The translations under genes and the position numbers were made by a program. The notes below the pieces were generated by a model that was not told the origin of the DNA, ran no database searches, and worked only from the letters and a program-made list of their open reading frames with translations. A DNA stretch of 60,729 bases, filler included, from Sphacelaria rigidula (lineage: Eukaryota): the NCBI GenBank assembly GCA_964200075.2. It is 9 parts of 9 records of this genome, joined end to end, with 100 filler letters (N's around TTAATTAATTAA, not from the genome) between each part and the next. Parts side by side here need not be neighbours in the genome. Positions count along the whole stretch, not along the records: positions 1 to 6,659 come from CAXNAA020018777.1; positions 6,760 to 13,418 come from CAXNAA020018778.1; 7 more parts are not named here. The stretch is one strand, 5' to 3'. This document shows, one piece after another, positions 1 to 11,140 of this stretch (its first letter is position 1; every line of letters starts with the position of its first letter).

Positions 1-64
1 AATATTGGCCGGCGCATCCGCCTGCAAACGTTCATGCCGCCTCTAGGCTGGTCCAGCTCGTAGT

Positions 65-235
65 TCTTCCTCGCTCCTGGTGTGCGTACCCACGCGATGT
101 GCAGCCCCGCAGTTCCTGCCCAGGCCGTCCCCACTGCGCTCCCCGCTGCAGCAGTGGGCAGCGCAGTGGGGACAGGCTTGGCAGGAAGTGAGGGGCTGCA
201 CATCTCGTGGGTACGCACACCAGGAGCGAGGAAGG
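65..235. repeat. ~170-bp imperfect GC-rich hairpin (foldback/MITE-like)
   Basis: 66-108 (cttcctcgctcctggtgtgcgtacccacgcgatgtgcagcccc) is the near-exact reverse complement of 192-234. The inner arms gtccccactgcgct/agcgcagtggggac also pair. Confidence 0.85.
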
Positions 236-287
236 ATCAGAGTCGGACAGAGCAGGAGAGTTGCACCTGCCTGTGATACAAGACAAG

Positions 288-1166
288 CACGGAAACCGTA
301 GGTAAGGTACCGTACCGAGCGTACCCCCGGTATTTACCGGGGTATCCCATGCTGTGGTATGCGTGGGTATCGTAGGGATGAGTTTTGAAAATACCTAATT
401 GAGCGGGTACGGTAGGTATTGAATTTTCGAAATACCGTGGTATCGTAGGTATTGTAGGTACGACATTTGAAAATACCTAATTGAGCGGGTACGGTAGGTG
501 TTTGATTAATTGATCGATTGTCGTACTTTAACTGACCCCCCAGGGGTCCAGCCGTGGTCTCATGAAAGACGTACCCAAGAAACACGAAACTGAAACCCGA
601 TCGGAGAAAAACAAGGAACAGAAAAAAATGAATAATAGGGGGTCGAACAGAACAACATAGCAGACTAGTGGTAACAAAAAAAGGTGATAACAAGGTCGAC
701 ACAAGCTAGACACAGAAAGAAATGGCCGACCTAAAGCAAGAAAAAAGGAAAAGAAGAGGGAAGTACAGAGCAGATAACATAAAATACCATGAAACGATGG
801 GAAAAGAAGAAAAAAAAAGGAAAAGGCCCAAGAGATTTAGGGCAGCAGAGTAGATACAGACACACACCGGTGTGCTGAAATCTCGAAATACCGTCGTATC
901 GTTGGTACGACATTTGAAAAGACCCGATTGGGCGGGTACGGTGGATATTGACATCTCGAAATGCCGTGGTATCGTGGGTATTGCAGGTATGAGTTTTGGT
1001 AATACCTGGTTGAGCGGGTACGGTAGGTATTGACATATCGAAATGCCGTGGTATCGTGGGTATCGCAGGTATGAGTTTTGAAAATACCCGGTTGGACCGG
1101 TATCGGTAGGGTATGAGATATCCCAAATTGCGGTACCGCGTGCCTACCTTACCTACGGTGCCTGTG
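288..1166. mobile_element. Non-autonomous TIR element with internal ~80-bp tandem repeats, interrupted by a LINE-tail insertion
   Basis: Inverted termini cacggaaaccgtaggtaaggta / taccttacctacggtgcctgtg. Internal repeats of aaatacctaattgagcgggtacggtaggtatt. Flanked by the direct repeat atacaagacaag. Confidence 0.7.
501..870 (-). mobile_element. 3' end of a non-LTR retroposon with (ATCA)n-type tail
   Basis: The motif gattgtcgtactttaactgacccc...ccagccgtggtctcatga recurs at ~26620, ~34090 and, in opposite orientation, ~42080 and ~32200. It usually ends in an aatc-repeat tail. Confidence 0.65.
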
Positions 1167-1234
1167 ATACAAGACAAGCGCCGGGCAAGCAAAAGACGGA
1201 GAGTCCACAACGCGAAATAAAAAAACCCGGCAGA

Positions 1235-2422
1235 CCTGGCTAGACAACCGGACGGACGACTACCGAAGTAAATAGTATTCGGAACACTAGTTGAGGGGGA
1301 GGATCCAGGACCACTGTGTCCGAAACAAAACTGGCAGAAGTGCCTAAGGGACCATCTCCAAGCTTTTCGAGCCACAGACGGCTCTGTTGACGACAACCGT
1401 CAGACATTCGGAATTGACCGCGTCCTCTGGCCCTTAGCAGCGAATAAGGAAGGGAGGTGCCGTGGCACGCGGGAGTGCTACAGGGAGCAGAGAGGTTCAT
1501 GACCTCATGGCACACAACCGAAGAGGAGGCCAGCCGACTGCGTGCGATCGGACGGGACACCGACGAAGCCCACGCAGCAATAAAGACGGTCCAGAGAACG
1601 GGGGGTGGGGGGTGAACCCCCCCGACGAAGGGTGTCGTTATGTCATGCGGTACTTGTCTTGATATGCCTGGTATGCTTGTACGTATAGCTGTCTCCTCGG
1701 GAGGTCGAAGGGCAGAGCCTTGCGATTCTTAGTTCTTTGGTTGGTGGTCTTCGGGCCTTGAGTTTGGCCCGTAGTCCGACCCTGTGTACATGTCGACTTG
1801 GCCTCGCGCGTCGAGTTGGAAAGTCGGGCGCGCGCCACCCCCTGAAGTCCGAATGTCCACCTGCGGCACCGGATCTTTTGAGGTTAGCCCTATTTATTTT
1901 CTTTGTGAGTACCAGGGTAGTCCGCAAGTCTTCCACGTGTCTACAACCGCCCCTTCGTTCCAGGAACGTTCATATCTCCGGCATGGTTCCGGGAACGTTC
2001 TCATGAACACTTGTATATCCCGTCCGGGTCATTGTCTTCCCGTCTCCGGAGTCATTGTCATACTCCAACCTCGAGACGGTACCGCTCATGGTGCCTTCTC
2101 GAGGCACTTATTATCTCAACCTTGGAGTTTCCCTCCACACAAGAACGAACTGTCTAGACACGTCCCACGGCCAAGCCCGTGGCTCCTGAGACTACCACTC
2201 CCACACCAAGGGGTAGTAGCCTAATCTTCCTTGTTTATTATTTATTCCTGTTTTGCTTGTATCGCGTCTGTGTGTTTTGTTTGGTTTTTTTGTTTGGTTT
2301 CCTTATACCTCATTATAGGTCGCTAGGCCGTGACCACGGAAGGCGTCCGCATCGGATGCCCAGTACGGATGTACCGCGCGGATATCGGAACTGTTTTTAA
2401 TGTGCAGACAACAACAACAACA
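1235..2422 (+). mobile_element. 5'-truncated LINE (RTE-like): ORF2 C-terminus, 3'UTR and (CAA)n tail
   Basis: Degenerate translation RQPDGRLPK*IVFGTLVEGEDPG..PKQNWQKCLRDHLQAFRATDGS...VPWHAGVLQGAERFMTSWH resembles the RLPK..FG.L C-terminus of RTE ORF2. The segment ends in acaacaacaacaacaaa. The link between ORF and tail is inferred. Confidence 0.65.
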
Positions 2423-2494
2423 AAGCAAAGGCTTGCATATCTGTATGTCTCAGACCAGGCACCACACCCTATTTTTTCTATGAGCTCAGATGTG

Positions 2495-2620
2495 GCGGTG
2501 GGGAGGGAAGGGGAGAGGGAAGGGCGGGGGGCGGGGGCGAGGAGGGGGGGCGTACCTATTTTTCGCTTGCCTTGGTCGTTTGACCGTTGACCTCTCATCC
2601 CTTCCGAGCCGGAGGGGGGA
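2495..2620 (-). mobile_element. Short 3' fragment of the LINE family seen at 5875-6659
   Basis: Reverse complement of the gggatg..ggtcaa.ggtcaaacgac.aaggcaagc.aaaaat..gtacgccccc terminus. Confidence 0.6.
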
Positions 2621-3609
2621 CGGCGCACTCCACATGCAAGTCATTTAAGCTGCGGACGTAGTCAGACTTCTGAAAATCAAGTTTGTTCATGTTGCGCTGA
2701 AAGTACATCCCTGTGCTCGGAGCAAGGGTGCGTGAACTGTTTTCCAATATTGTTTGCTACAACATAGGGTATACCCTAAAGGGTGGGATTTTTGGTTTGC
2801 ATACTAAAGCTTACTGAAATGTGTGCCGAACATTCCGGTATGGTCCGGCAGAGTGTCGAGCCCTGTTCCGAAAACTCCAGTGTGGTACGGAGGGATATTT
2901 TCCAATAAAATACCTTCATTTATGCTCTTGTTGATACCCGAATTTCAGGTGGTATACGGTACAGAATACAACCTTTCTGTTTTTCGACATATTGGTATGG
3001 GTTGACCGCGAGTCAGAAAAATGGAAGTGATGCGGTGAAAAAAAACACCCGCGAGGGGGGGGCTGATTACCAGGAATTTCCAATGCGAAAAAGAGAGCTG
3101 CATCATAGCGTCGCGACTGTTATATCCATACAGTGGGGTTGCGGCAGCGTCATCTGCCTCTGCGTCCAGGATCTGATTGGAAAGCGGCTCAAACGGATGT
3201 TATGAACGAGTCTATTTTCTTCTCCAAAAAGTTAGAATTTCCAGGGGCATTATATATTTCTCCGAAATATATGATGACAGATTCCATAACCAGGTCAGGC
3301 AATGAATCATAATAATAAGACTGAGTACAGGTTTCTCTAAAAAGTTAGCGTCGATTTTTTTTTCTTTTTTGTTGTCGTTGTTGTTGTAGATGTCGGGAAA
3401 AAAGCAAGCAATATATTATATATTCGAAAAAAATTAGGGAAAGAAGAAGATGAAAAATTTGCCCTGTTAGTAACACAAACCTCTTAGCTGGCAGATGGAC
3501 AACTGGCAGTGTTCGGGAAAGTCGTTCTAGACTGCTGGAGATCGACAACGTTTGAGGAAGTTGTTTTACACTTGTTGGTTTATGTCGCACTTTGAATCCC
3601 TCCCCTTCC

Positions 3610-3700
3610 TAGGAATGGGTCTCCGTCTCGAAAGGGATGCGTGGTCAATGGTCAAACGACGAAGGCAAGCAACAAATGAGTACGCCCCCCCCCCTCCTCT
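3610..3700 (+). mobile_element. Short LINE 3' fragment nested inside another retroposon tail (3575-3750, minus)
   Basis: ctccgtctcgaaagggatgcgtggtc is identical to 6635-6659. It splits the gtcgcactttgaa...gggatcaa...cccatctctc tail that is uninterrupted at 5800-5875. Confidence 0.65.
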
Positions 3701-4073
3701 GGACGGTTCCGTTGTTCCGAGGGATCAATCGACCCATCTCTCCCCGTTTCACGCCCTGTATTTTGATCTGGCGGATTGGGTCAGCACTCCCGCACCGCGT
3801 CAAGTCTCGTCGAACAAACTCAGGCAACTACTTTTGGTTTACCCACGTATACTCACACTTACTTGCACCACGTGGCACATATCTGCCAAAGTTTGAGAAA
3901 AGTTTCCCAACTCCCGGGGATAACGTTCGGGGAAATGGTTCTGAACTGTCAAATATTCTCATCCGACGTTTTGGAAAGTTATCCTAAATTTGCAAATATT
4001 TTCTGAAAATTAAAAATATTTGGACATAATTTCCCGGCGCAGACGCAGATGTCTCTCCAGTACACAACATGTT

Positions 4074-4339
4074 CAAGGATCGGACGAGTAATGATAAGCC
4101 GAGAAATGACTTGATTATAGTGTGACTCGTACCGTACGAACCAATCCTCGAGCTTCGTTTCCAGCGTTGCATGCTCCCCAGGTATGCGCACCCCAGGCAC
4201 GTGGAATACAACAGAAGCGAAAATTTCGAGTGGAGACTTGCCTGCCCGGCGGTCAACTTTTTTTCTCTCTTTCGAGCAATCAGGCCTCAAGGATCGGAGA
4301 TTTGGTGACTCGAACTGGCGATGACCCGTCCGATCCTTG
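4074..4339. mobile_element. hAT-like MITE
   Basis: TIRs caaggatcggacg / cgtccgatccttg. 8-bp TSD aacatgtt/cacatgtt (7/8). Related copies at 47925-48180 and 33603-33695. Confidence 0.8.
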
Positions 4340-4482
4340 CACATGTTCGGCACATACGTTTGTCCAGCAGTACAAGTGAAGAGATGCTCTCATGTTCTCT
4401 TCTGTAGCACGTGTGAAAATTCTGTACCCTCTTTCGTGTCAAACGTATACAGCAACCCCCTCTCCCCCCACGAGGCAGTGTG

Positions 4483-4953
4483 TAAGACCCACTTTTATGG
4501 CAACGAATCCCGATTCTTACAAATATGAGGATTTCAGCCCATCTACAGGCGCTTTTCTCCCGTGGATTGATTTTTCGGACCCCAGCCCGTTGGGCAATGT
4601 TTTTCGGCTAGCTGTGAGCAAACCAGCTCAATTCCCCGATTTTCTGGGCGTTGACTTTCGATACATCACCGTTCTGCTGAAAGACACTCCCGCATCTCCC
4701 CCGCATCTCCCCCGATTTTTCAGAAAAATCGGGGGAGATGCGGGAGTGTCCCGATTTGGGCAGAAATGTGATACCCAGAAGCCAACGTCCATATAATCGG
4801 ATAATTGATCTGGTTTGCTCACAGCTAGCCGAAAAACATTGCCCAACGGACTGGGGACCGAAAAATCAATCCACGGGAGAAAAGCGCCTGTAGATGGGCT
4901 GAAATCCTCATATTTGTAAAAATCGGGATTCGTTGCCATAAAAGTGGGGCTTA
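4483..4953. mobile_element. Foldback MITE, ~470 bp, palindromic over most of its length
   Basis: Arms 4488-4650 and 4795-4948 are near-perfect reverse complements, with TA at both ends. A half copy lies at 21990-22212. Confidence 0.9.
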
Positions 4954-5874
4954 GCCGTGGCTGTCTCTGAAAGTGGCCATGCCACAAAATGAAGCAACTC
5001 ATTGGAGGCTGTCATTCAACTGCAAAGTAATCAGTACGCTTGGGGCCGAATTACGTTAGCAGGGTGCAGCTCACCCTTCATGCAACTCGCCCGACACATA
5101 ATAGCGCTCCGCGGTTGGTGATTGATTGCGAGCCTGGTCCGGCGAGAACCCGGCGTGCTCCGTCCCGGCTTTGTAGGGATGCGGGGTCAATGGTCATATG
5201 ACTACGGCATGCAAGATCATGAGTACCCCCCCCTCCTCCCCCTGGCTCCTTATATGTCAAAATGTACCCCTGTCATGTCCAAGGTGCACCAACCTTTCGT
5301 GTCCAAAGTGTATATCTTTTTGTGACGAAAATATTCCCCTCTCATGCATGCTCTCGAAGTGTGTCTTCTTCATGTCAAGGACCAACCCCTTCGCATGTCT
5401 AAACGTGTACCTTCTTCATGTCACAAATGTACCCCTTTCTGTACCCCTCCCGCCCCCCGCCCGCTCCCCGCCCCCTCCCACCGCGTGATTTTCACATCCC
5501 AATGCCCCGTTCCATCTACCGCGGGATGTACTCCGAATGCAATGTGGTAGAGAACTAGTTCTGACCAAGCATGCCAAGGAGAAGGATCGCCCGTACCTAC
5601 TCTTCCTCCAGGCAAGTTGTGGAGTGATTGACTGGCAGAGAGCGTCTGCGGTCCAAACAATTTCAGCGACCAGTGACGCAACCTCCCCCTTCCCCCCCTC
5701 CGCGCTTTTCGCCGCTTTTGTTTGTTGTCAGATTCTTCTGTTGCAGTATGTATGCATGTAATATTTATTAATTAATTTATTAACATATATATTTTTCATG
5801 TGTCGCACTTTGAACTCCCCCCCCATCCACGGGACGAGTCCATGGTCTGAAGGGATCAACCCATCTCTCTCCGG

Positions 5875-6659
5875 TACGCACTTGAAACAAACGGAGACAC
5901 CAAGGAATTGAAATGGCAATATAGCGTGGAGAACATGCAGAGAAAGAGATTGCCAGCCACAGTTGATAGGGCTGTATGGAAGTAAATGACGAAAGGGCAG
6001 GCTGGAATAAGGTAGGATGGAGAAGTCGAGGAAGTATTGAAGGGGATAGGAGGAAACCAAGACGAAATACTGTCCACAGGTGAAGGCGACCAGTACAAGA
6101 CAAGAGTAAGAGATATGACAGAAATGAGGGAAAAAAAAACACTCAGACGCAAAGTAGACAAGACCTGAAGATATACAGGGGTCGAGAGAGGGGATATGGA
6201 TGAAAACATATCTGCATGGCCCAATGGACGCGGCGAACAAATTGAAACTGCGCTTTCGGGTGGGGGACCTGCACCTGCCAGAAGGAAGAAATAGGTATAT
6301 CAGTAGTCGAGAGGAGGAGGAAGTGGATGGACAGAATTGCCCCTGTGGCGAAGCAGTAAGGAGCAAAATTCATACAGGGGCAGGATGTGAACTATACAGG
6401 GAGGAACGAGACGTGCTAGAGGGGGAAATGCGGGACGTGAACGAAGGTGGCATGAAATCGTTTCATGCATTAGATAGGGAGAAAACGATGACTATACTAG
6501 GAGATGGATGGTGGCCACAGACAGCGAAACAGGACGGGGATAATATATTCGAAAGGTTTCGTGTGTAATTGATGGAAGAAACGTAATGAGCACCGAGATG
6601 TTGGAGGTGCTTCTATTAGGAGTAGGAACAGTGCTCCGTCTCGAAAGGGATGCGTGGTC
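5875..6659 (+). mobile_element. Degenerate LINE ORF2 C-terminal region
   Basis: KWQYSVENMQRKRLPA...MKTYLHGPMDAANKLKLRFRVGDLHLPE...CPCGEAVRSKIH..CELYREER contains a CCHC-like C-terminal module of non-LTR ORF2, with stops and frameshifts. Truncated 3' copies of the same end are scattered through the window. Confidence 0.7.
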
Positions 6660-6759
6660 NNNNNNNNNNNNNNNNNNNNNNNNNNNNNNNNNNNNNNNNN
6701 NNNTTAATTAATTAANNNNNNNNNNNNNNNNNNNNNNNNNNNNNNNNNNNNNNNNNNNN
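6660..6759. other. Artificial contig spacer N44-TTAATTAATTAA-N44 (also 13419-13518, 20178-20277, 26937-27036, 33696-33795, 40455-40554, 47214-47313, 53972-54071)
   Basis: Identical 100-bp spacers carrying an all-frame stop linker separate segments of 6659/6658 bp. Confidence 0.99.
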
Positions 6760-7033
6760 GTGTAGCTGTAAGCACACGCAAGCGATGGAGGTAAAGGAAA
6801 GCACACGTGGAATAAAAAATGACTCACTTAATTTAAGCCAATGATCAAAGCCACTCTCAATCCCATCATCTACTCTCAATCTCACGAAAACACTGTTATT
6901 TATGAAACGGTCTTATGTGGTTCGTTTCTTTGTTGCAACGCAACAGATTGTACCGCTATCTTTTGTTGCAACAACTTCGTTCAAACATAATGAATAGAGA
7001 CTACATCGTCTAGATTTTCCCAACAAGCTCATT

Positions 7034-9694
7034 ATGCCTGCAGGATCGCTGAAAGCCCCAGAGTACGGACGGCATTTTAGCGAAAATGCGTCCCGACGTT
7101 TTTATCAGAAATACGTCGAGTATGAAGAGGCGGTCAAAATGAACAACAAAAGACGAAGCATGCAGGCCGTCTTATTGACTGTTACTGAAGTGGTGCCGAA
7201 GCACATTCGTGCGTGTTTGTCACGCACAATATTTGACAAATCCGTGCTTGCCGAAGATGATTTCAAGGAGGCACTAGGCCGATTTGCGAAATATTGGCAG
7301 GATGAAGAGATTGATCCTTCAGTTGCTGCCGCTGGTGTGCGGAAAGCGTTGGCGGCCCGCAACGAGCAGATTGCAATGGGAAGAGTAGAAGAGCAGTGGG
7401 GTGCCCTGGAGAATTGTTTTGCGGAGAATGCTAGCACTGAGAATGCGAGCGTTTTGTTCACTATCGTCGATAACCAGGACCCGCTGAAATCATAAATCGG
7501 GAAATGTTGAATGGATTGACATTTTGAACATGAAGAGGGGGTGGAAGGAGGACCCTGGGCTTGTGTATAACACGGCTCGGGAAGCAGCGGAGGCATGGAA
7601 TACGATTGAAGCGGCGGATAAGCAGCGCCGTCAGCAGCCACAGCTGAAACAAAAGGGAGGCAGCGGGACCTCCGGGTCCAAACGGCGACCGCTGGCAGTG
7701 AGACTGCCAGTTCCGGGAAATCTCGGAAACCGGGCCCAAGCTATGCAGGTTGTTTTTCATGTGGAGACAAGGGCCACGTCGTGAAGGATTGTAAGCAGCA
7801 AGGCCAAGCTGCTTACACTCCACAATATACTACAGGTGGGCAGTCGAAGGCCGGCGACAAGCAGCAGCAACAACAGCAGCTGTCGCAGGGCCCTGGACAG
7901 GTGCCTCGCGGACGGGGCACGAGTCCCGCCCCTACAAGAGCTGTCTTTTCAGCCGATGGACAAAGTGCTCCCAGCGGGGGGGCGACGTTGCCACCAGAAC
8001 CGGTCGCTTCTACTGGTGGCGTGCAGCAGACCATGTCATCGCACTCGTTCCCGGGTTCGAAATCTGAGGCGGTGCCAGCATGGAGATCGCTCAAAGCGGG
8101 TGAGGTGTCAGGTTTTCAATCTGAAGGTCTGCAAGTAGATAACAAGGAAAGGTGGTGTCCTGCCGACTTATCTGTCCCGAGCGCAGGGGCAAAGGGTCTT
8201 TGTCCGGTCAAGGCCATTTAAGACTCGGGATCTGAAATTACGACCATGTCAGTGGGTGTAGCGGCAAAATTACAAGCTATGGTTTCAGATGTTCGAGTGG
8301 TCACACCGATGATTGATGAAGAGCTAGTGACACTGGCTAACGGCAATGTTGAGCGCGTGAAGCAGAAAACTTGACCTGTCTGAACCGCTTTACACACCAG
8401 CTGGGGACCGGTTGTGCTGGACCCATGTTCATATGCGGTCATGCCGGGTACAGATGATGTGATCATCATGGGGAGCCCTACGCTAGAGGCGCTGGGCATT
8501 AACGTGTACAGTAACTTAGGTGCGTGTGCACGTGCAAGAAACACTTCGGTGCGAGGTGTAAACACGCCTGACTTTACGGACTGTCGGCGTGTTAGTCCCG
8601 CGTTTGACGCTTTACAGCAACCAGGAGGTCGTGCGGAGCCCGTTTGTTCCTCAGTCGAGCGGTTGTTGTCGAGAAGTCAGGCAATGAGCATATCCCCGGA
8701 ACAAGAGCTTGCTGAGCTTGATGTTGCGCCGGAGGAGGCAGTACAAGCCGCCGCGGGTAGTGGCATATCGGATAGCGACGTGAGCCAGACTCGTGAGCCT
8801 GTACGGAATAGAGAGAGTATTTTTGAGCGAGTGCTGCATGGTTATCCGCCTGATCGTGTCATGCCCTGGAAGGTGAAATTCAAACCTGCTGCTGTGGAGG
8901 CAAAGGCTCGGCCGAGGGCGTACTTTCCGGTCAGGATGGCGTGGTTGGCACGCTGCATCACAACATTGGTGGCGCTCGGGCTCGTGTACTGCAATTTTCA
9001 GGTAGAGTGGGCGAGAGCGGCGATTGCAACGCCCAAGAAGTCTTGTTTTCGATGGATGAGTACACACAAGGCGGGGGGGGGAGTTTCCCGTCACCACAAG
9101 GAGGTGGTGCATGGTGCTCGCCCAGGGAAGGTTTTTCGTTTCAATTTTCTCAGTGTTGGAGAGGATGGTCCGCTGGGAGATAATGGCTTGGACGAAGGAG
9201 ATCCGTTCAAGTACATATTGGTAAGGATGAATAACCTTAACGACTTTGTGCGGTTGACGCCCGCGGAGTTGTGTACGGCGGCGACGACGGTGAAGCATCT
9301 GTTGTTGACATGGTGCGAAGCGCTGGGGCCGCAGGAGGGATGGGTCAGCGATACGGTATCTCAATATGAGAATCGTGTGGTGAGAGTGCTCAAGAAGGCG
9401 CTGATGGATCGCAGATCCGTGGTGGCCAACTCGCGGTTGTCACATCGTGAATGTGAGCGAGTGGTGCGTGACATTGTTCGTACCTTGAAGGTCACAATGC
9501 AGGGAGGAAGACGCGATGCCAACGTCTGGGTGGGTTTGGTACCTGCCGTACAGTGGGCATTGTACACTGTTTTTTGGGACAGCTGTGAGAGCTGTAGCTG
9601 CATCTATGATGTGAGGAGCGACTGTTGGAGTGGAAATGCTACTCTACGGTGTGGACGAGATTGTAGCTGGAAAGCTGCTGTTTCTCAGGAATAG
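7034..9694 (+). mobile_element. Degenerate Ty3/gypsy LTR retrotransposon gag-pol
   Basis: Gag-like ORF 7034-7495. Zinc knuckle CFSCGDKGHVVKDC at 7751-7792. Aspartic protease site AI*DSGS at ~8212-8235 with a stop. RT N-terminus (KVKFKP..KARPR.Y.P...W) is followed by an integrase core (YILVRMNNLNDFVRL...WVSDTVSQY...ERVVRDI). Multiple frameshifts. Confidence 0.85.
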
Positions 9695-11140
9695 CGCAGG
9701 AGAATTACAAGACAGGCATTACCGGAGGTGCTCGATGTTGCGGTTAGCGCCGGGTTGGGTGATGTTAAGGAGCAAGTACTAGTGGAATTACTTGTTAAGA
9801 ATGAGGAAGCACATTGTAACTTGTATACCTGAATGGTTTTGTGGACGATTGTAGTGGTGGAGGTGTGGTCCCTGGACCTGTCTGTTGTGTTGCGCTGGTT
9901 GGCACGCATGATACATGGTGGTGTCTGCACAGAAGCTGCTGAGTGAAATATGAGCATGCAGGTGTGACTGATGTGCATGGTGTCTGATGAAGAGTCAGAG
10001 TGAGGCAGTTTTCAATACACTGCTGTGTGCTGAATGAAATAGAGCTCGTATATTATTGTTCGCGCAACAAGTGGATGCTGCTGCTGGCGTGAAAATGAGC
10101 GGAAACTACGAAATGCGTAGGCTGGTATGTGAACAAGTATAACGTGAGTATGGTTGACGACAAAAGAAATTGCGCGAATACAGTGATCTTTTACTGTGGT
10201 ACATCTTTGATGGCTTGTCATGTGTTTGGATAAGCGCATAGATGGTGTTTTGCATCTGCAAAACGGAAAATGTGGATGGTGTGCCCATTTTTCTGGAAGG
10301 AGCACCGCATATCTGTTCTGAGTTGCGCCAGTTGGAACTGAGTCAAAAGGTGCGGGCACGGTTGTAGGCAAACTACGGTATCAAGCTTTGAGTGCATGGT
10401 ATAATCGAACGCTACGGTTTGAAATGGTTCTATCCTCGGCGCCTTTGCTTTGTGTGAGCATTCCACGACTGGAAATTGCCGTTGAATGAATTATTGACTT
10501 CACTAAATTCGATTGAGACGCTGTGTTCAAGTGTCGTTGTTCAGCGTTTTGCAAATGATCATTCTCTTTGTGAGTATGACATAGCATGGTCATGTGTCAC
10601 TAACAGGCTGACAAAGGTAGCATGAACGTGTTTGTCGGTGTCTACTGTTTGTCAAACTCGCGTTTTTACTTCGAGTAGTGCGGGGTTTTGGGGGTGCTGT
10701 AGAGCAGTCCACCTCCAGTACACGTACGAGCAGGTTCATGACGATATACAAGTGGAACAATCTGCTGTAGGCGTTTTCTATTGGTTGACGGACTTGCGGG
10801 TCTGATCAGCAGACTATGTGGATTTGAACATCACATGCTTCACGCATGTGGTTACTTCCGATAACGAAGGCTGTGTGTTCATGAATAGCAACTGTCTTGA
10901 AATCTCCAGGTCCTAGTGAGGGAGGAAGCCCTTGGAGCAATCTTGTGACCTTGTTCTGAGTCCAGGAGGGCTTTATAGGTCGCATTATGTAGGAATCCGC
11001 AATACGCATGGACAAAATTGACAAGTTTTGTTGTTGGTATGATGTTGGTCCTCAGGGTTTGTCCCTCTGATGGACTTGAGCGCTTATATTACCTTTTTGC
11101 GTGGATGAAATGTGCTGATATCCCGGACAGTAGACTATGT
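9695..11140 (+). mobile_element. Second, more eroded gypsy pol remnant (RT/RNaseH/integrase-like)
   Basis: VDD-like motif (gtggacgat ~9841) and fragmentary pol-like translations, heavily interrupted. Confidence 0.4.

Noticed and set aside
4392..5002. Two similar ORFs on opposite strands
   Set aside because: By-product of the palindromic MITE.
5551..5611. Possible small exon with GC donor (ELVLTKHAKEKDRPYLLFLQ)
   Set aside because: Too short, weak acceptor, and no partner exon or recognisable motif.
6704..6715. TTAATTAATTAA as a biological motif
   Set aside because: Sits centred in N runs at every join; it is an assembly linker.
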